Origin: Callorhinchus milii
Lineage: Eukaryota
Length of the DNA stretch: 64,000 bases
Assembly: GCF_018977255.1 (NCBI RefSeq)
Contig: NW_024704743.1
Span: forward strand, 93,126,001 to 93,190,000
Direction: 5' to 3'
Shown here piece by piece: positions 1 to 13,721 of this stretch. The stretch's first letter is position 1, and each line of letters begins with the position of its first letter. The translations under genes and the position numbers were made by a program. Below the pieces are notes generated by a model. That model worked only from the letters and a program-made list of their open reading frames with translations. It was not told the origin of the DNA and did not search any database.

Positions 1-929
1 CAACATTGCATGCTTCATGATTGTTCCTGTGATCCTAATAAATCATCTGACCATCACAGTACAGGGGCTAGCAAGTCACTGCAGTGACTACCCCTCAGAA
101 ACTTAAACTGTGAACTGAGTGTTTGTAGCTAATGTTTCCAAGAACATATTCCCACATGTGAGCAGAGAAACAAGTCGGAACTGGTGTCCACAGAGCAGTA
201 ACCAGCAAACCACTATCTTATGCAATGTTGGCTGTAGCCATAGGGGAAGCCATGAACGATGAGGAAGAGCCAGGTACCAGCAATTGCCATAATGCTTTAG
301 CATACTTGGAGCAAGTTTCAGTGGAGGATACAGTGGAAATTAAAAAGAATACAAATGATTAATTATTCCCAGACAGCATCACACAACTACTTCCAGATCA
401 TATGTAAAACATTCTTCTCTCAAGTAAATCACAAAGGAGATTCATTTCAACAGAGGATAGATAAGGAGCCACTAAAGCCCTGATATATTTATAAACATTA
501 CATCTCACCATTTTTCTATGATGAACTGAGCAATTCAGTGTTTCAGTGAGATAGCAATGTTGCATGTTTGTTGGAGCATGGCTTCATTCGTGATACAAAC
601 ATTCACAAATAGCTGTGCCTTTGCATGCATTGTGCAAAAGTTTTAGCTCATGTGGCTACTGTATATTCTTTGAATGTGTGAATATTTTGATGTAATAAAA
701 TTTGAAAACCTGGGTACTGTTTTATCCCATACTACCTTGTATCTTTGAACAACTGTTTGACTGTATTGTGTTGTTGATAATTACCAATTATAAATGTAGG
801 AGTGATCTGAGCTAACTGAGCCTCAACTTTTGTTGGATGTTTCACGATGAATCACTGCTGAAATAAATCATGCAATTTACAGCCAGATATCCAATACATA
901 CATAGATTCAGTAGAGGCCAGTTATTGAT

Positions 930-3031
930 CAACAACAACAACAGCAACAAAATTACAATTATAGAGCGCCTTTCATGTTGGGAGGAGGTCCCAAGGTGCT
1001 GGTCAGTCAGGGGTCAGGATCCGAGCTTGGGGGAGGGAGAGAGGTGAGGGAAGGCAGAGAGATGGGAGGGCGACTGAAAGCACGATCGAACAGGAGGGTC
1101 TTGAGACCGGCCTCGAAGGAGACAAGGGAGGAAGCGAGGCAAAGGGACTGTGGGATGGAGTTCCAGAGTGTGGGGGCAGAGAGGCTGAAAGCCCGGCCAC
1201 CGATGGTAGGGCTGGTCAGGAGGGCAACATGGAGTAGGCAGGAGCCCGCTGAATGGAGGGAGCGGGCAGGTTGGTAGGGAGTCAGCAGTTCAGAGAGGTA
1301 GGAGGGGTTTAGGCCATGGATGGTCGTGCAAGTGAGGATGAGGATCTTGAATTCGATCCTCTGAGGGATGGGGAGCCAGTGGAGTCGGGCAAGGGTGGGA
1401 GTGATGGGGACACTGAGCTTGGTGCATGAGAGTACATGAGCTGCAGAGTTTTGGATGATCTGTAGCTTGTGAAGGGAAGAGTTGGGAAGGCCGATGAGGA
1501 GGGAGTTTCCATAATCGAACCTTGATGTGACGAATGTGTGGGTGAGTGTTTTGGCAGCCTGAGGGGTGAGGCAGTGGCGGAGTCTGGCAATGTTGTGGAG
1601 GTGGTGGTAGGCACGGATTTGGGGGAGCAAGGACAGTTCAGGGTCAAACAAGACAGCCAGGTTCCTGACTGGCTTAGTAAGGTTGAGTGTGCAGCCGTGG
1701 AGGCTGATGCTGCCAGCGCCCGAGGTGCAGAAGTGCTGGCGCAAGCCAATCAGCAGGGCCTCGGATTTGCTGACGTTCAGTTGGAGAAAGTTGTCCCTCG
1801 TCCAGGACTTGATGTCTGACAGGCAATCGTTCAGGATGCCAGAAGACCTGGAGTTGAGGGTGGAGGCAGAGAGATAGAGTTGGGTGTCATCTGCATACAT
1901 GTGGAAATTTACCCCATGTCTGCGGATGAATGTCACCAAGGGGGAACATGTAGAGGGTGAAGAGGAGGGGACTGAGGACACAGCCCTGAGGAAGGCCGCA
2001 CGAGACGGTGCGGGGCCTGGAGGAAAAGCCGTTTGCAGAGACAAAGCGGAGGCCATGTGAAAAGTAGTACCTGAACCAGTCAAGAGCAGAACCTTGAAGG
2101 TTGAGTTGGGAAGAGAGGCAGTGGAGGAGGATTGAGTGGTCCACAGTATCAAAGGCGGTGGAGAGGCTGAGGAGGATGAGGAGGCAGAGGGAGCCCTGGT
2201 CACACATGGTCAGAATGTCATTTGTGACCTTGAGCAGAACAGTTTCCGTGCTGTAGGCAGTATAGAAACCTGATTGGAGGGGCTCATGGAGGGAGTCGGA
2301 GGAGAGGAAAGAGCGAAGCTGGGAGGTGATGGCCCTCTCAAGGACCATAGACAGAAAAGGGAGGTGGGAGATGGGCCAGTAGCTGGATAGCTGTTTTGGG
2401 TCAATGGAAGGTTTCTTCAAGTTGGTGGTGATAGTGGCTGTTTTGAGCGGGGTAGGAACAGTGCCAGATGACAGGGAGAGTTGATGTTGTCGACGAATAG
2501 TGGGGCTAGGAGGGGGAGCTGGGATTTAGAGAGAGGGGTGGGGATGGGGGCCAGGGAGCAGGTGGTGAGCTTCATGGAGGATATGGTGGTGATGACAGAG
2601 GAGGGGGTGACAGGTTCAAAGGTGTGGAAGAAGGGATGGGTAGTGGTCAGAGTGTGGGGTGGGGTAGGGAGGGGGTGGAAGTTGGGAGGGCAGTGGCAGC
2701 TGAGTGCATTTCCTCGATTTTGGACTGGAGGAAGTTTAGCATTTCCTCGCAGTGGGAGTCGGAGTAAAGAATCTGCGAGGTATGGCAGGGAGGGCGGAGG
2801 AGCCGGTTGGTGGTGGAGAATAGGAGCCTGGAGTTGCCCTTCACCTCCAGGATTAACCTGAGTAGAAGGATGATTTGGCCGAGGCGAGAGCAGAGTGGTA
2901 AGTTTTGATGTGGTCCAGCCAGATGTGCCGGTCGACCGTTAGGCCGGATTTGAGCCCAGTCATTCATTCAGCACCTGGCCCTTGAGCGAGTGGAGGTGGC
3001 TAGTGAACCAGGGTGAAGATCGGGAATAGGA
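930..3031 (-). mobile_element. L2-clade LINE, 5'-truncated, frameshifted ORF2 (RT domain)
   Basis: Contains [21 protein letters not shown] and LHWLPIPQRIEFKIL, followed by the 3' stem-loop and (TTG)n tail. Confidence 0.95.
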
Positions 3032-3439
3032 GGCATTTGTCTGTGTGGCTCACTTTCACCCTATACAAGATTTACTAACTAAGCTGTTTAAAGGTATATG
3101 GGGTGTTTGTAAGACATTGCTGTGCTAACTGCCATTCTAGTTTTGTGACAACAATTGCATATTTCATTACCAAATTTAACAGAAAATTCACTGAAACAAA
3201 CTGTGACTCCAAACAGTTGGCAACGTCGGCACTTTCCAACCTTTTATTTTAAGCCTTCCTTGTTCCAGAACATTGTCAGTCAGGTATTACCATTATTCAA
3301 AGCTGGGATGAATCTCTTTAAATAAGGAATGGATTGTGTTTACCACAATTTTGACCCCATAGTAAAATAAGAGCAGAGCCTGCTCTTTTTTTTAGATAAT
3401 GGCAGATTTTTAAACCCTGTCTTGTTTCCAAATTCCTTA

Positions 3440-3590
3440 AGAACCATACTTCTCGATCAGCTCTCTTTCCGTCTTTTAAACATCCCAATCAGTTCTACAC
3501 CTATCACCCTCTGGGGCAGTGCATTCCAGATTCTCACTACCCTCAGTGTGAAGGAATGTTTCCTAATCTCACTTCTAACCTGCAAAATTA
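3440..3590 (-). mobile_element. CR1 LINE 3' fragment
   Basis: Encodes RKHSFTLRVVRIWNALP, the CR1 ORF2 C-terminus. Confidence 0.75.
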
Positions 3591-3697
3591 TAAAACTATG
3601 TTCGCAGTCAGAAATTCTATTAATACTGCAAGAAAACATTTCGCAAACATTATTTGTTTCAAACATTGGTTTTACTCTGTTGGTGTCAGACACTGAC

Positions 3698-3825
3698 CTT
3701 GGATTTCGGTGGTGCTTGAATGTACCATTTACAATCGACTGCCTCGATGGAGTTAGCCTTTCCTTCCTGCACGATTTGCAGTGATTCAATGATCCCCTCA
3801 GGTCCTCCCATTTCAAACTCACACA
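3698..3825 (-). CDS. NETO1: NETO1 exon 6 (128 nt, start of CUB2: [43 protein letters not shown])
   Basis: Acceptor ttttcttactcag|, donor AAG|gtcagt. Matches human CEFEMGGSEGIVES...[16 protein letters not shown] did not find the next exon (IYLRFLDY...) in 1-3697. Confidence 0.97.
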
Positions 3826-3938
3826 CTGAGTAAGAAAATAAATCAAAGTGGAAATCACATGGCTTAATCGGACTGATCAAAAGAGTCTTGTCTATGTAAA
3901 TGACTGTCTAATGTGTTGTGAAATATATAGATACTGAC

Positions 3939-3980
3939 CTGGCAATGGTTTCAGAACACCAAGATGTGCAAATTCAGGAT
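3939..3980 (-). CDS. NETO1: NETO1 exon 5 (42 nt, CUB1-CUB2 linker DPEFAHLGVLKPLP)
   Basis: Acceptor ttttatcttttaag|, donor CAG|gtcagt. Matches human DPDFKDLGALKPLP; phase 1 on both sides. Confidence 0.95.
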
Positions 3981-4635
3981 CTTAAAAGATAAAATAAATA
4001 AGTTTATAATAGAGATGGCAGCAACGTTACCTTTCAGATCATTTTTACAAAATAAATTGCTGCTAAGATAATCTTCTGAAACATGAAAGCTACCATTTGT
4101 GCTCACCATACCCATGTATCCATTTGTTAGATGGTGTTGCACATATATTGGATTTAAATACTGAAGCAATGATTAAAAGGAAAAATCTCAAGGAACAATT
4201 TCACTGCATGATTAAAGAACAAGTTGTCATTTTGAGCCCAGGCTGCCACTGTTTAATATGTAGCTTATTTGCATGGAAAATAATGAAGTAAACCGCAATT
4301 GTCTAACAAGTCACCACTGTCTTTGAATTTCATTGCCAAATAACTTAGTAGCTTGGGTTGCAAATAAACATTTAAGCAAAACAATAATTCCGCAAAGCAT
4401 TTGGCTATGGTTATAGAAAGACTGAGTTTTATAACAACAGTAAGACTGAGAATCACATGACATCCTCCTCAAGCTGTTATGTCTCAAGCTTTTTAGTAGC
4501 TTGTTTTAGAAGATGGTCACATCACAATACTTAACACTGATATTGGAAAACTGTAAAGAATCTCAAAAGGTCTGCAACTACTGTCTGTTCAGAATGAATA
4601 GAGAAATAGAAAATATGGCTGCCTGATGTGTCGTG

Positions 4636-4637
<2 letters not shown>

Positions 4638-4667
<30 letters not shown>
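4638..4667. repeat. (TA)n microsatellite
   Basis: Seen directly. Confidence 0.95.
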
Positions 4668-4669
<2 letters not shown>

Positions 4670-5819
4670 CCGTGGCAAATAGATGCTATTCCTGAATAAT
4701 CAATTTAATTGCAATTCAAACAGTTACATCTTAGATCATCACAGTAACCCAGATTCTTTGTGATGCATATTACTGACGTGTTTATAATTTCATTTATCTC
4801 AATTTCTGCTCACATTTTTAGATGCGAATACTCATAGGTAGTTCCATTGCTCCCCACTTCCTGTGCCTGGCGGATATTTATCTCCATGCTGCAGGATGGG
4901 GGTTGTGAGATATATAGCACTGTTCTTTCTCCTCCTAATATCCCATGCATGGATGGAAACATGCAGGGAAGTACAGCATGTTTTACAGTGACAATTAACT
5001 GCAACTCAATTCAACTCACCAATTGAATGCCTGCAGCAAACTCTATTCCTACTGACTCAGCTTTCCTATGTATAGCAGACCCAGGAAGCTCAGTTGTTTC
5101 AGACATAAGACCAAAAGGTTTTAGGTTTCAATTCTAGTGAATCCACTCAGCTCTTCTGAGTTCAATTAATATTTCCTTGAGAGGAGGAGGATTTATTGTG
5201 ATGGTTCCCTTCAAATCCCTTGCTTTGAACTAGCTCTAAGACACACCAGACTTGCTCCGAGGCATATTGGCTGATCATTGACTGACAGATTTTAGGTATT
5301 ACATTTTACCCTCTGTTACAAATTATAACTGGCATTAATTTTTTTTTGTACAATTTACTAAGCTGAGTTTGCATAAATCCTAAAGCCTGGCCTAACTTTG
5401 GCTCTGAAACTGTTTCCAACCATTGTCAAGCTTCAGCAATTTCACAGTTCCACCCGTGGCTCCTCTGAAGGAGGCTTCAGTATCACACAGTCAGCTGCCT
5501 GCTCACCGGGAGGAAAAACTGGTCACCAGTGAGAATCAAGGGAGGTATCACATTCAATGAGTTGAGTGTAAAGGTGGGCATTAATGTTCTGGGCAGGAAA
5601 GACACCAATCTTTTTTTGCAGAGAGGTGACAATTCAGATTGACAGTGGGGTTCAACTTGTGAGATTTTCTGATCTCTGGAGTTTCACCTTATGGATGTGG
5701 TAATAGACTGATAGCTAGCAGAATACTGTCTTAAGGAAATAAAAATATCAGAGTAAAACTGGTACTCTGGTAACGAAGAACTGGAAATCCAGGATGTAAA
5801 TCTAGTATATGAAAGTTAG

Positions 5820-5947
5820 TGTCTTGGAGCGGTATGAGGATGTGGCAGGGCAGTAGGAATGAAAGTACAGCATGCTTTGAGAGCTGGTACAGACTCAATA
5901 GGCCAAATGGCCTCCTTCTGCCCTGTGAAATTATATGATTCTATGAT
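5820..5947 (+). mobile_element. CR1-type 3' tail fragment
   Basis: ggccaaatggcctccttctg...atgattctatgat tail; the same tail occurs at ~8235-8310. Confidence 0.65.
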
Positions 5948-6051
5948 ATGGCTGCTCCTGAGTACAACCATTGTGAATAATATGCGGGAGGGCACCTTTT
6001 ACACACATTCAGACTAGTCAATGATTAACGGTTAAAACTTACATGTTTTGT

Positions 6052-6400
6052 ACCATAGCGTGGTGGTTAGCTCACTCACCTTGCAAGTGAGAGGACGCGG
6101 CAGGGTGAAATCTTACACATGTTTCCATACTCCACATGCCTATGTTTATCTAGCAGTTAGTATAAACCTGGTTGTTAGTTCATTGGCAGATCACTTTCTG
6201 GGGGTAGTAATTTCTCCCCCCCAAAATATGATCATTCAATCCCCGACTGTTTGTGGGATCATTGCTGTGTACAATTGCCTGGCACATTTCGCCCACAAAA
6301 TACAGAGTCAATTCACTTTCCAAAATATTCTGTGATGCCCTTTGAGAATCCTCAATGACATGATAAGAAGCTATATCAAATGCAAGGATTATTATTATTA
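6052..6400 (+). mobile_element. tRNA-derived SINE, long form (old copy)
   Basis: Decayed tRNA head, tgtttatctagcag central segment, shared tail ending tcaaatgcaaggatt(att)n. Confidence 0.85.
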
Positions 6401-7109
6401 ATACTATAAGTTGCACTTCCAGATAATGTTCATCAACAAAGGTAAGATGGGAGAGGTTAGCTTTAATCAGAATCTAAAATATCTTTCTATTAACCGAGCT
6501 ACGAGATACAGCTCAACTAAATCAGAAAGCAAAATTTAAGCCCTACCATTGATGTTAGTGATGTGGTGAGTAGTGTTTCAGTACTGCTTCATGTGACGCT
6601 GGTATATCTACAATTGAGTTGGACTCTTATTGCTTGGAAACACCAATGTCAGTTGATGTAGGAACAAGGATGAACTCAACTTTATTTCTTTGTCTCCAGA
6701 ATCACTACTGCCCTGACGGATTGCCTATCAGACATCGGGTTCTGGATGAGAACCAACTTTCTCCAGTAGAATGTCAACAAGTGAAACCCTTCTGCTTGGT
6801 TCCGATCAGCGCCTTTACACCTCAGGCACTGACAACATCACCATTCAATGATTCACTCTACACCTTACCGAGCCAATATGGAACCTTGATGTCTTGTTTG
6901 ACACTCAAAACATTGACTGTTCAGTACCTTAGGACATGCTCTTGATGTGAAATGAGCTATCGAAATGCAATTTGGTGTCTGTTGTTTTTGATAGTGATTT
7001 TGGACTGACTTCAGACCTGATCATTGTGATGAACTCAGGGCGGAGGGTTCACAACCTGACTGCTCTTTAAACCCCACCATGACCCGTTCTGCATTCCCCC
7101 ACTTCTCCC

Positions 7110-7732
7110 TTCAGGCCATTGAGATGTTGAGACCCTCATCCATGCTTTCATCACATCTAGGCTTGATTATGCTAACTGCCTGCTAGTGGGACTTCCCAAC
7201 TCTTCCTTCCACAAGCTACAGACTTCTCAGAACTCTGTATCTTGTGTCCTCTCCTGTATCAAACTCCTTAAGATGATCATCCACTCCCAGCTTCATTAGC
7301 TCCCCATCCCCCAGAGGATCAAGTTTAAGATCCTTGTCTTCACTTTTAAAGCCCTCCACGGTCCTGCCACTCCCTACTTCTGTTACCTTACCAACCTCCA
7401 CTCACTGGCTTGCTCCATAATCCCCGCCCTGCCTGTCCCATCATCAGCGGTCGTGCCTTCAACCACTCTACCCCCACCCACCCTTTGGAATTTTATCCCA
7501 CAGTCCCTTTACCTCGTTCCCTCCCTTGCCTTCTTCAAGGTGTGTCTTAAGACCCTCCTAGTCAACCGTGCCTTCAGTCACCATCCTACCCCTACTCTCC
7601 ATTACCTCCACCCATCATGCTTCCAACCCCCAGCTCTGGTGCAAACCCTTGACAGTCCAGCACCTTGGAACGTCCTCCTGATGTGAAAGGTGCTATATAA
7701 ATGCAATTTGTTGTTTGTTGTTGTTGTTGTTA
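7110..7732 (+). mobile_element. L2 LINE 3' fragment (another fragment with tail at ~6780-6985)
   Basis: Homologous to the 3' end of the 930-3031 copy; (TTG)n tail. Confidence 0.88.
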
Positions 7733-8972
7733 GTTGCTTTGGACGGGCTATGGACCCAACCTGATGTCGAGGGTGAGGATTCACATCCAAAATCAGTTGA
7801 TATTTATTGAGCGAAATTGCAATCTTTCTGGAGAGCGTTACGAATAGCATCTTTAATGATGTTGGCTGATAACGGGATTTCCCCCATTAGAATCTCACAT
7901 CACCAAAGGTGCCGTGCTCAACACCAATGGAAATTCAACCCAATGATTAATTAATTATGGTCATCAACTGTCATGCAGCATCATTTTTTCACCTCCCATT
8001 CATGGTTCTACAATATCTTGTGGTGGTTCCTAAGACAATACAATACAAGCTGATTGATGGTTTGGCAATATTTTGGATGCCATGAAAAAGTTCTATAAAA
8101 TGGTCAATTCAAAAACTCAGTTCAGGTCTATTTCAGCTATTTTATTTTATAAGAATTCAATTTGCTGCTAGTGGGTTTTATTGCTCATTCAACTTTTCGA
8201 AGATAGTAAACTTCCTTTTCATATGGTAAATAGCTCTTTTCAAAGTGCCGGCAAAGACATGATGGGTCGAATGGCCTCCTTCTTTGCCATATAATTCTAT
8301 GATTCTATAAAATAATCAGAGTAAAAACGTTTAACACAGAAATAAAACCAATCATCTACTAGAATGGGCTTGGCTATCAATGCAAATAATAAATTATTTA
8401 CCACAATTTAACATATGGGATAGGGAACTGATTACATCTTTCAGAGATTCCGCCCTAGAAACAAATATTTTATTTATTTTACACCTATATGGATCTATGA
8501 ATCTATTATAATACCTAATTACCAATGAATTTTATTTACTGTCGAGTGAGATTCAATAATGTCAAATTACAACTTATAAAGTGAATGGAGGAAAGGAAAT
8601 GACAAAAGAGCTATTTGCTATTATTGATGTGATATTTTTGTCACATTGAGTAATTTATATTCATTGAAGTTTTGAGTAACATGCAATCTTGAATTCAATG
8701 TCACTGGTTAACACACCACTGGAAAGACAAGAATGATTTTTCAGTGTCTGTTTCGTCAAACTTGTCAGCTTGTCATTGCATTTTCTGAAGCACATTAAAG
8801 TCAGAACCATACTGACAAGTAGACACCTTCATAATGTAAGAGAAATAAAATTGGAACCATGGAGTCAACCAGAGGTCTTGATGGCAATTTAGTTTCCATT
8901 GGAAGAATTGTCTAAGATCAAGTTGCATTCAAGTTTTATTAGAGTAATCATAAATGTGCTTCCTTATGGCAT

Positions 8973-9330
8973 GTAGTCCTGTAGCTATGTGGTTAGAGCA
9001 CTCTCTCCTCACAAGCGAGAGGACCTGGGTTTCATTCCCAGGCAGGTCAAAACCTTAGGTAAGTTTCATTATTCCACACGCCTCTGTTTACCTAGCAAGA
9101 AAGTAGGAACCCAGTTGTTATTCATTGATGGATCGCTTTTCTGGAGGGAATAATCCCTCAAAAAAAATTGGTCACTCAATCCACGGTTTGTGGGACACTA
9201 CTGTGTGCAATTGGCTGCCATGTTTCACCCACAAAATATACTGTCAATTCACTTTACAGTAAAGCGCTTTGAGACGTCCTGAAGACATGATACGGTGCTA
9301 TATCAAATGCAAGGATTATTATTTTTATTA
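8973..9330 (+). mobile_element. tRNA-derived SINE, long form
   Basis: A/B-box head, ctctgtttacctagca segment, L2-like tail; possible ATGTAG TSD. Confidence 0.9.
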
Positions 9331-9419
9331 TGTAGAAAGTTACCACTTACTCAACAGAAAGAGTGGCGAGTTAGTGCCAATAACATAGTTTTAACTGACT
9401 TCAGGAAAAATCTTGCTGG

Positions 9420-9705
9420 AGGGGATTATACGATATAGTGGGTTAAAACTTTTGCCTATGGCATCTGTGTTCAAAGGCAGTCATCATTAACGGGAAGCAG
9501 GTTTGCTCAATCTGCCAGCTGCAATAGCCTACGTGAAACAGGTTTGAGCAGTTACAAGTGAGGATGAGTGCACAGAACACGATCATCACCAATCAGCAGT
9601 AAATTAACAATCTTACACACAGAGGACATGAGGGCAATGTCTTTTAGAAAATGAAATTGTCACATTTGGTGCAGCCAATAGTACCCATCTAAGGCTGAGG
9701 ATTGC
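9420..9705 (+). mobile_element. Ancient SINE remnant, LF-SINE-like
   Basis: tctgccagctgcaatagcctacgtgaaacaggtttg and downstream blocks resemble my recollection of the LF-SINE body. Needs a Dfam check. Confidence 0.4.
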
Positions 9706-10048
9706 TTTATATTGTTACATGTTATATTGTTGTTTTCTTTTTTTACATTTGTTCGTTACAAAGAGGAGCCTTAGTGAATATTAGTCCAGCTAAAATTGTT
9801 CTCTAAGTGTGGTTAGGTTGACAGTAGTTATTTAATAACTTGCTACAATTGGAATTGTGGAATCTGCTAGTATCTGCAATGACAAGAAGTCATCAATAGG
9901 CGAGGTCACTGGTAGGATGTCATCAATAAGTGAAATCCCAAACTGGGATTTTTTTCCAAATATCTAAATATATGATTATTTATGATAGTCAAGCAAAATA
10001 TTTTAAGAAAATAGAAGCATTAACATTTTCATCACAGAAGAAAGACAT

Positions 10049-10242
10049 TTTCAAACACAGATTAGATAGTTTTCTTTTAGGAAATAATATTATGGGATAT
10101 AGTACATAGGTAGTTCGGGACAGTTCAGGTAGTTTTCTTTTAGGAAATAACATTATGGGATATAGTACATAGGTAGTTCGGGACGGAAGGCGAACTAGAC
10201 GGACCTTGGTCTTTTTGCGTCTAGCATTTCCTGTTATTATGT
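10049..10242 (+). mobile_element. CR1 3' end with internal 63-bp-period duplication
   Basis: Matches the 3' end of the CR1 at 40915-41072. Confidence 0.85.
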
Positions 10243-12325
10243 AATAAGGCTATTGAAATGAGTATATCTGTGCCACTGCTACGTGTTTTGCTAAAACTTA
10301 CATTTTTTATTAATCCTCTTTTCCTATGTCCTTCAATCGTTTTCCACCGGCCATTAATTAAAATCAGAACAAAGACAATTAGAACTGAGGTCAAAAAGCA
10401 ATTCTTCAATTTAGAACATTGTGAAGATGTGAAATGCTCTGCCCCAGAAACCTGAAGGAATCAATAGGATACAATAAACTCCTGATAACTCATTGCTCCA
10501 AGGGCAAAGTGCTCAGTGATCAGTTATCCATAAATTCTATTTATATGAGTGAATGTATAAATACATAAATAAATGTTGGGGGGATATGATAGCATGAAGT
10601 GGTAATGACAAGCCAAACTAAGGTCAGATTTTCAGGAATTTACTGTATTTCAAAGATAGACAGATACCTAGGTAATAGAGATAATAAGGGATCATGGCAA
10701 AATGGTGACACATTGAGATGGGATAAAAAAAATCTGCCAAAATCCAATATACTGATGGAAGAGGCTCAATGGGCTGAATAATCTCCTCCTGTTCCTGTTT
10801 TTTTATGATCCTACTGCAAAGCAGGTGTTTATTGTTTGTGTTTAAGACTTCATTCTTTTCAAAAGTGTCAATCTTCCATGGGAACAACTCGCTCAATACC
10901 TCTTCCATTGAAGAACAAGAAAAATGGTTTTAGAAACAACACATGGCAATGGTAATGATCTGAAAGCCAATAAAGGAGCTATCGGTAACCAGGATAATAA
11001 GAATGCCACAGTTAAATCAAGTAGCATCAGAACACTTGAGACTAGATCAATTGAACTCAAATCCTAAATATTTTTTTCAATCCAATTGCCTTAGGATAAT
11101 GAATATAATAATCCTTGCACTGAATATTGCACATTATTGTGCCATTGAGACATCTCAAAGCTCTTCACAGGATTTTACTGCGACATTTAATGACTGGGCC
11201 TGCTCTAAGCGAAAAGAGGCAAAAGGAGAAGAAACATATACAATATTGTGATAAATCTCCTGTCCACTCCAAAATAGGTATCATTGTGTTATGGTTTAAT
11301 CTACAATTCTGCATATCCTATGAAAAATGTAGGAACCAAACCCAGCATATTTCTGACCATGATGAATCTACTCGAAGGGGAGCAGATACTTCTGCCAAGA
11401 AAGCTGCATCATCATTCCTCACAATGACAGCCCCACTCTAAATATACATCCAAGGTTTTTCTAATCATCTAAAGCAGTCTATGAATCAGTCTTCAATGTG
11501 TAATGTACCATTTTTGAAAGAAAAATCAAGGTGACTCATTTTACATAACCGATCCATTAATAATCTCAAGTTCTGTACCTTCTGCAAACATCTTGAACTT
11601 TCATACCTTAGCTAATGGGTACATTGTGTATTGCCCAGGATCTCATACTGTGTAAGTTATTAAGACTTTGCATTCATTTATCGTTATTGTAGAATCACTA
11701 AATGCAATTTTGGTACTATGCCCCTGTTTTTTCCAATAGCAAAAGTTTGATCAAAACATTAATTAAACACTGTAGCCTATGTACTGTAAACACTGTAGGC
11801 AGCACTTCTGGACGTCCTCCTGACATGAAAGGTGCTATACAAACGTAATCTTGTTGTTGGTGTTTTGTGTAATAAGTTAGACCAATAGCAAATGTATATC
11901 CGGAAAATTTGAGAAACACCAAAATAACTCCTGTGAATCAAACAATGACAACAACCGCCTTTTAAACCATTCTAAACCTCAAAGATTGTTCCATCAGTTG
12001 TTCCTATCAGTCAAAACAATTCCTTGCTAATTTCACTCTGAAGACATTTTTTATATTTCCAACTTTAAGTCAGTGCAGATTCAATTTAAACATTACATTT
12101 TACTACTACTATAACTTGCTCTTCACACAGGGTAGCATCCTTAAACAACATACAGTGAAGAACTTCATAACCAAAACATTCAATGTTTAGGAAGTGATGC
12201 CAAGATAACTACTTTGACCATGCATTTAGAATTTTGGGAACTGCATCCTTCAACTTACACAGCACACGCTCTGCTACCTGCATGAAAGAACAAGGAGCGA
12301 GAGAAAAAGGAAATAGGAGGGAGTG

Positions 12326-12649
12326 AATAATAATAATAATCCTTACATTTGTAGTAGTGTTTTTCACGTCTTCTAGATGTCTCAAAGAGCTTCACAGAAT
12401 ATGCTGTAAAGTGAATTGACTGTATATTTGTGGGCGAAACGCAGCAGGTAATTGCGCACAGCAGTGTCCCACAAACAGTCGTGGATTAAAAATGACCAAT
12501 TTATCATTGTTTTGTTTTTTGGAGGGATTATTATCAGGCGTGTGGAATAAGGAAACTTGCCCAAGGTTTCGCCCTGCCTGGAATTGAACAAAAGTGTCTC
12601 ACTTGTAAGGGAAATGCTCTAACCACTGAGCTACAGGACTCCACGACTC
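12326..12649 (-). mobile_element. tRNA-derived SINE, short form
   Basis: Head gtggagtcctgtagctcagtggttagagc through to the (TTA)n tail. Confidence 0.92.
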
Positions 12650-12920
12650 TTCTCCATGGAAAGGGATAGGGGGAGGGAATGAAAGAGAGAGTAAAGAAAG
12701 AAGGAATGGCAAAATGGGGAGGAAGGAAAGGGGCAAGGAAAAAGAAGTGGGAGAATGAGTCAGTAGGAGTAGATACAGATAAAGAAAAGAGGTTTGGGAG
12801 AACAGCAATGGGGGGAGGGAAAGCGGGGGAAAGAAGTGGAGAGGGATGAGAGAAGGAAAGAAGAGAAAGAATGAACAGGAGGAAGGGTAACGAGTGTGAA
12901 TGTGTAAGAGAAAGGAGAGA
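12650..12920 (+). repeat. Purine-rich (GA-rich) low-complexity tract
   Basis: Strongly G/A-biased + strand. Confidence 0.85.
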
Positions 12921-13299
12921 CAGACATGCAACAACAACACCACCTTGCATTTAAATAGCGCCCTTCATATAGGGCAGCATCTCAGAGCGTTTACAAAAGG
13001 AAGGGAAATAGGTATGAATTAATGTAATAGTGGAAGGTAAAGCAGACGTAAAAGATAAGTGTCACATGCAAGTATAATATGGAGAACCAATGAAGATACA
13101 CAGAGTATGACTGGCTCCATGTGAAAAAGATATGTGTGAGTGTGAGGAAAGCCCAAAAGATATACAAAGAAAAACAAATACAGATCCTAATTCACAAGCA
13201 AAGTATAGGTATTCTCGCTACCAACAGCTCGCACTGACAAAACTTCATCTTCATGTAAGTCCTTGTCCCTATTGCCTGTCCTAGGATGGGGCACTATAC

Positions 13300-13619
13300 T
13301 AATCCTTGCATTTGATACAGTGCTTTTCACGTCGGGAGGACGTCCCAAAGCGCTTCACAGAACACACTGTAAAGTGAATTGACTGTATATTTGTGGGCGA
13401 ACGCGGCAGCCAATTGCGCACAGCAATGTCCCACAAACAGTCGTAGATTGAAAATGACCAATTTATTATTGGTTTTGGAGGGATTATTATTATTATTAAT
13501 AATGTGTGGAGTAAGGAAACTTGCCCAAGGTTTCGCCCTGACCTGCCTGGAATTGAACTCAGGTCTCTCGCTTGCAAAGCGAGTGCTCTAACCACCGAGC
13601 TACAGGACTCCACGACTCC
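13300..13619 (-). mobile_element. tRNA-derived SINE, short form
   Basis: Full head and tail; tail carries gggacgtcctcccgacgtgaaa, as in the L2 3' end. Confidence 0.93.
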
Positions 13620-13721
13620 ATTTGATTACCTTATTATAAGGACTGGATACAAGCAATTCATTAGAAGGTTTGATGCTTCTGAACTGCATCTATGACACTC
13701 AGAAAGGGCATAATTAATGTT

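Noticed and set aside
1007..2203. 398-aa ORF, the longest in the track
   Set aside because: Frameshifted L2 ORF2 remnant, not a host gene or an intact autonomous element.
3457..3858. 133-aa ORF overlapping exon 6
   Set aside because: Alternative frame of exon 6 running by chance into a CR1 fragment.
13540..13616. tRNA-like sequences (also ~8975, 12580, 16500, 17525, 22590, 24640)
   Set aside because: SINE heads: no proper acceptor stem, and each continues into SINE sequence.
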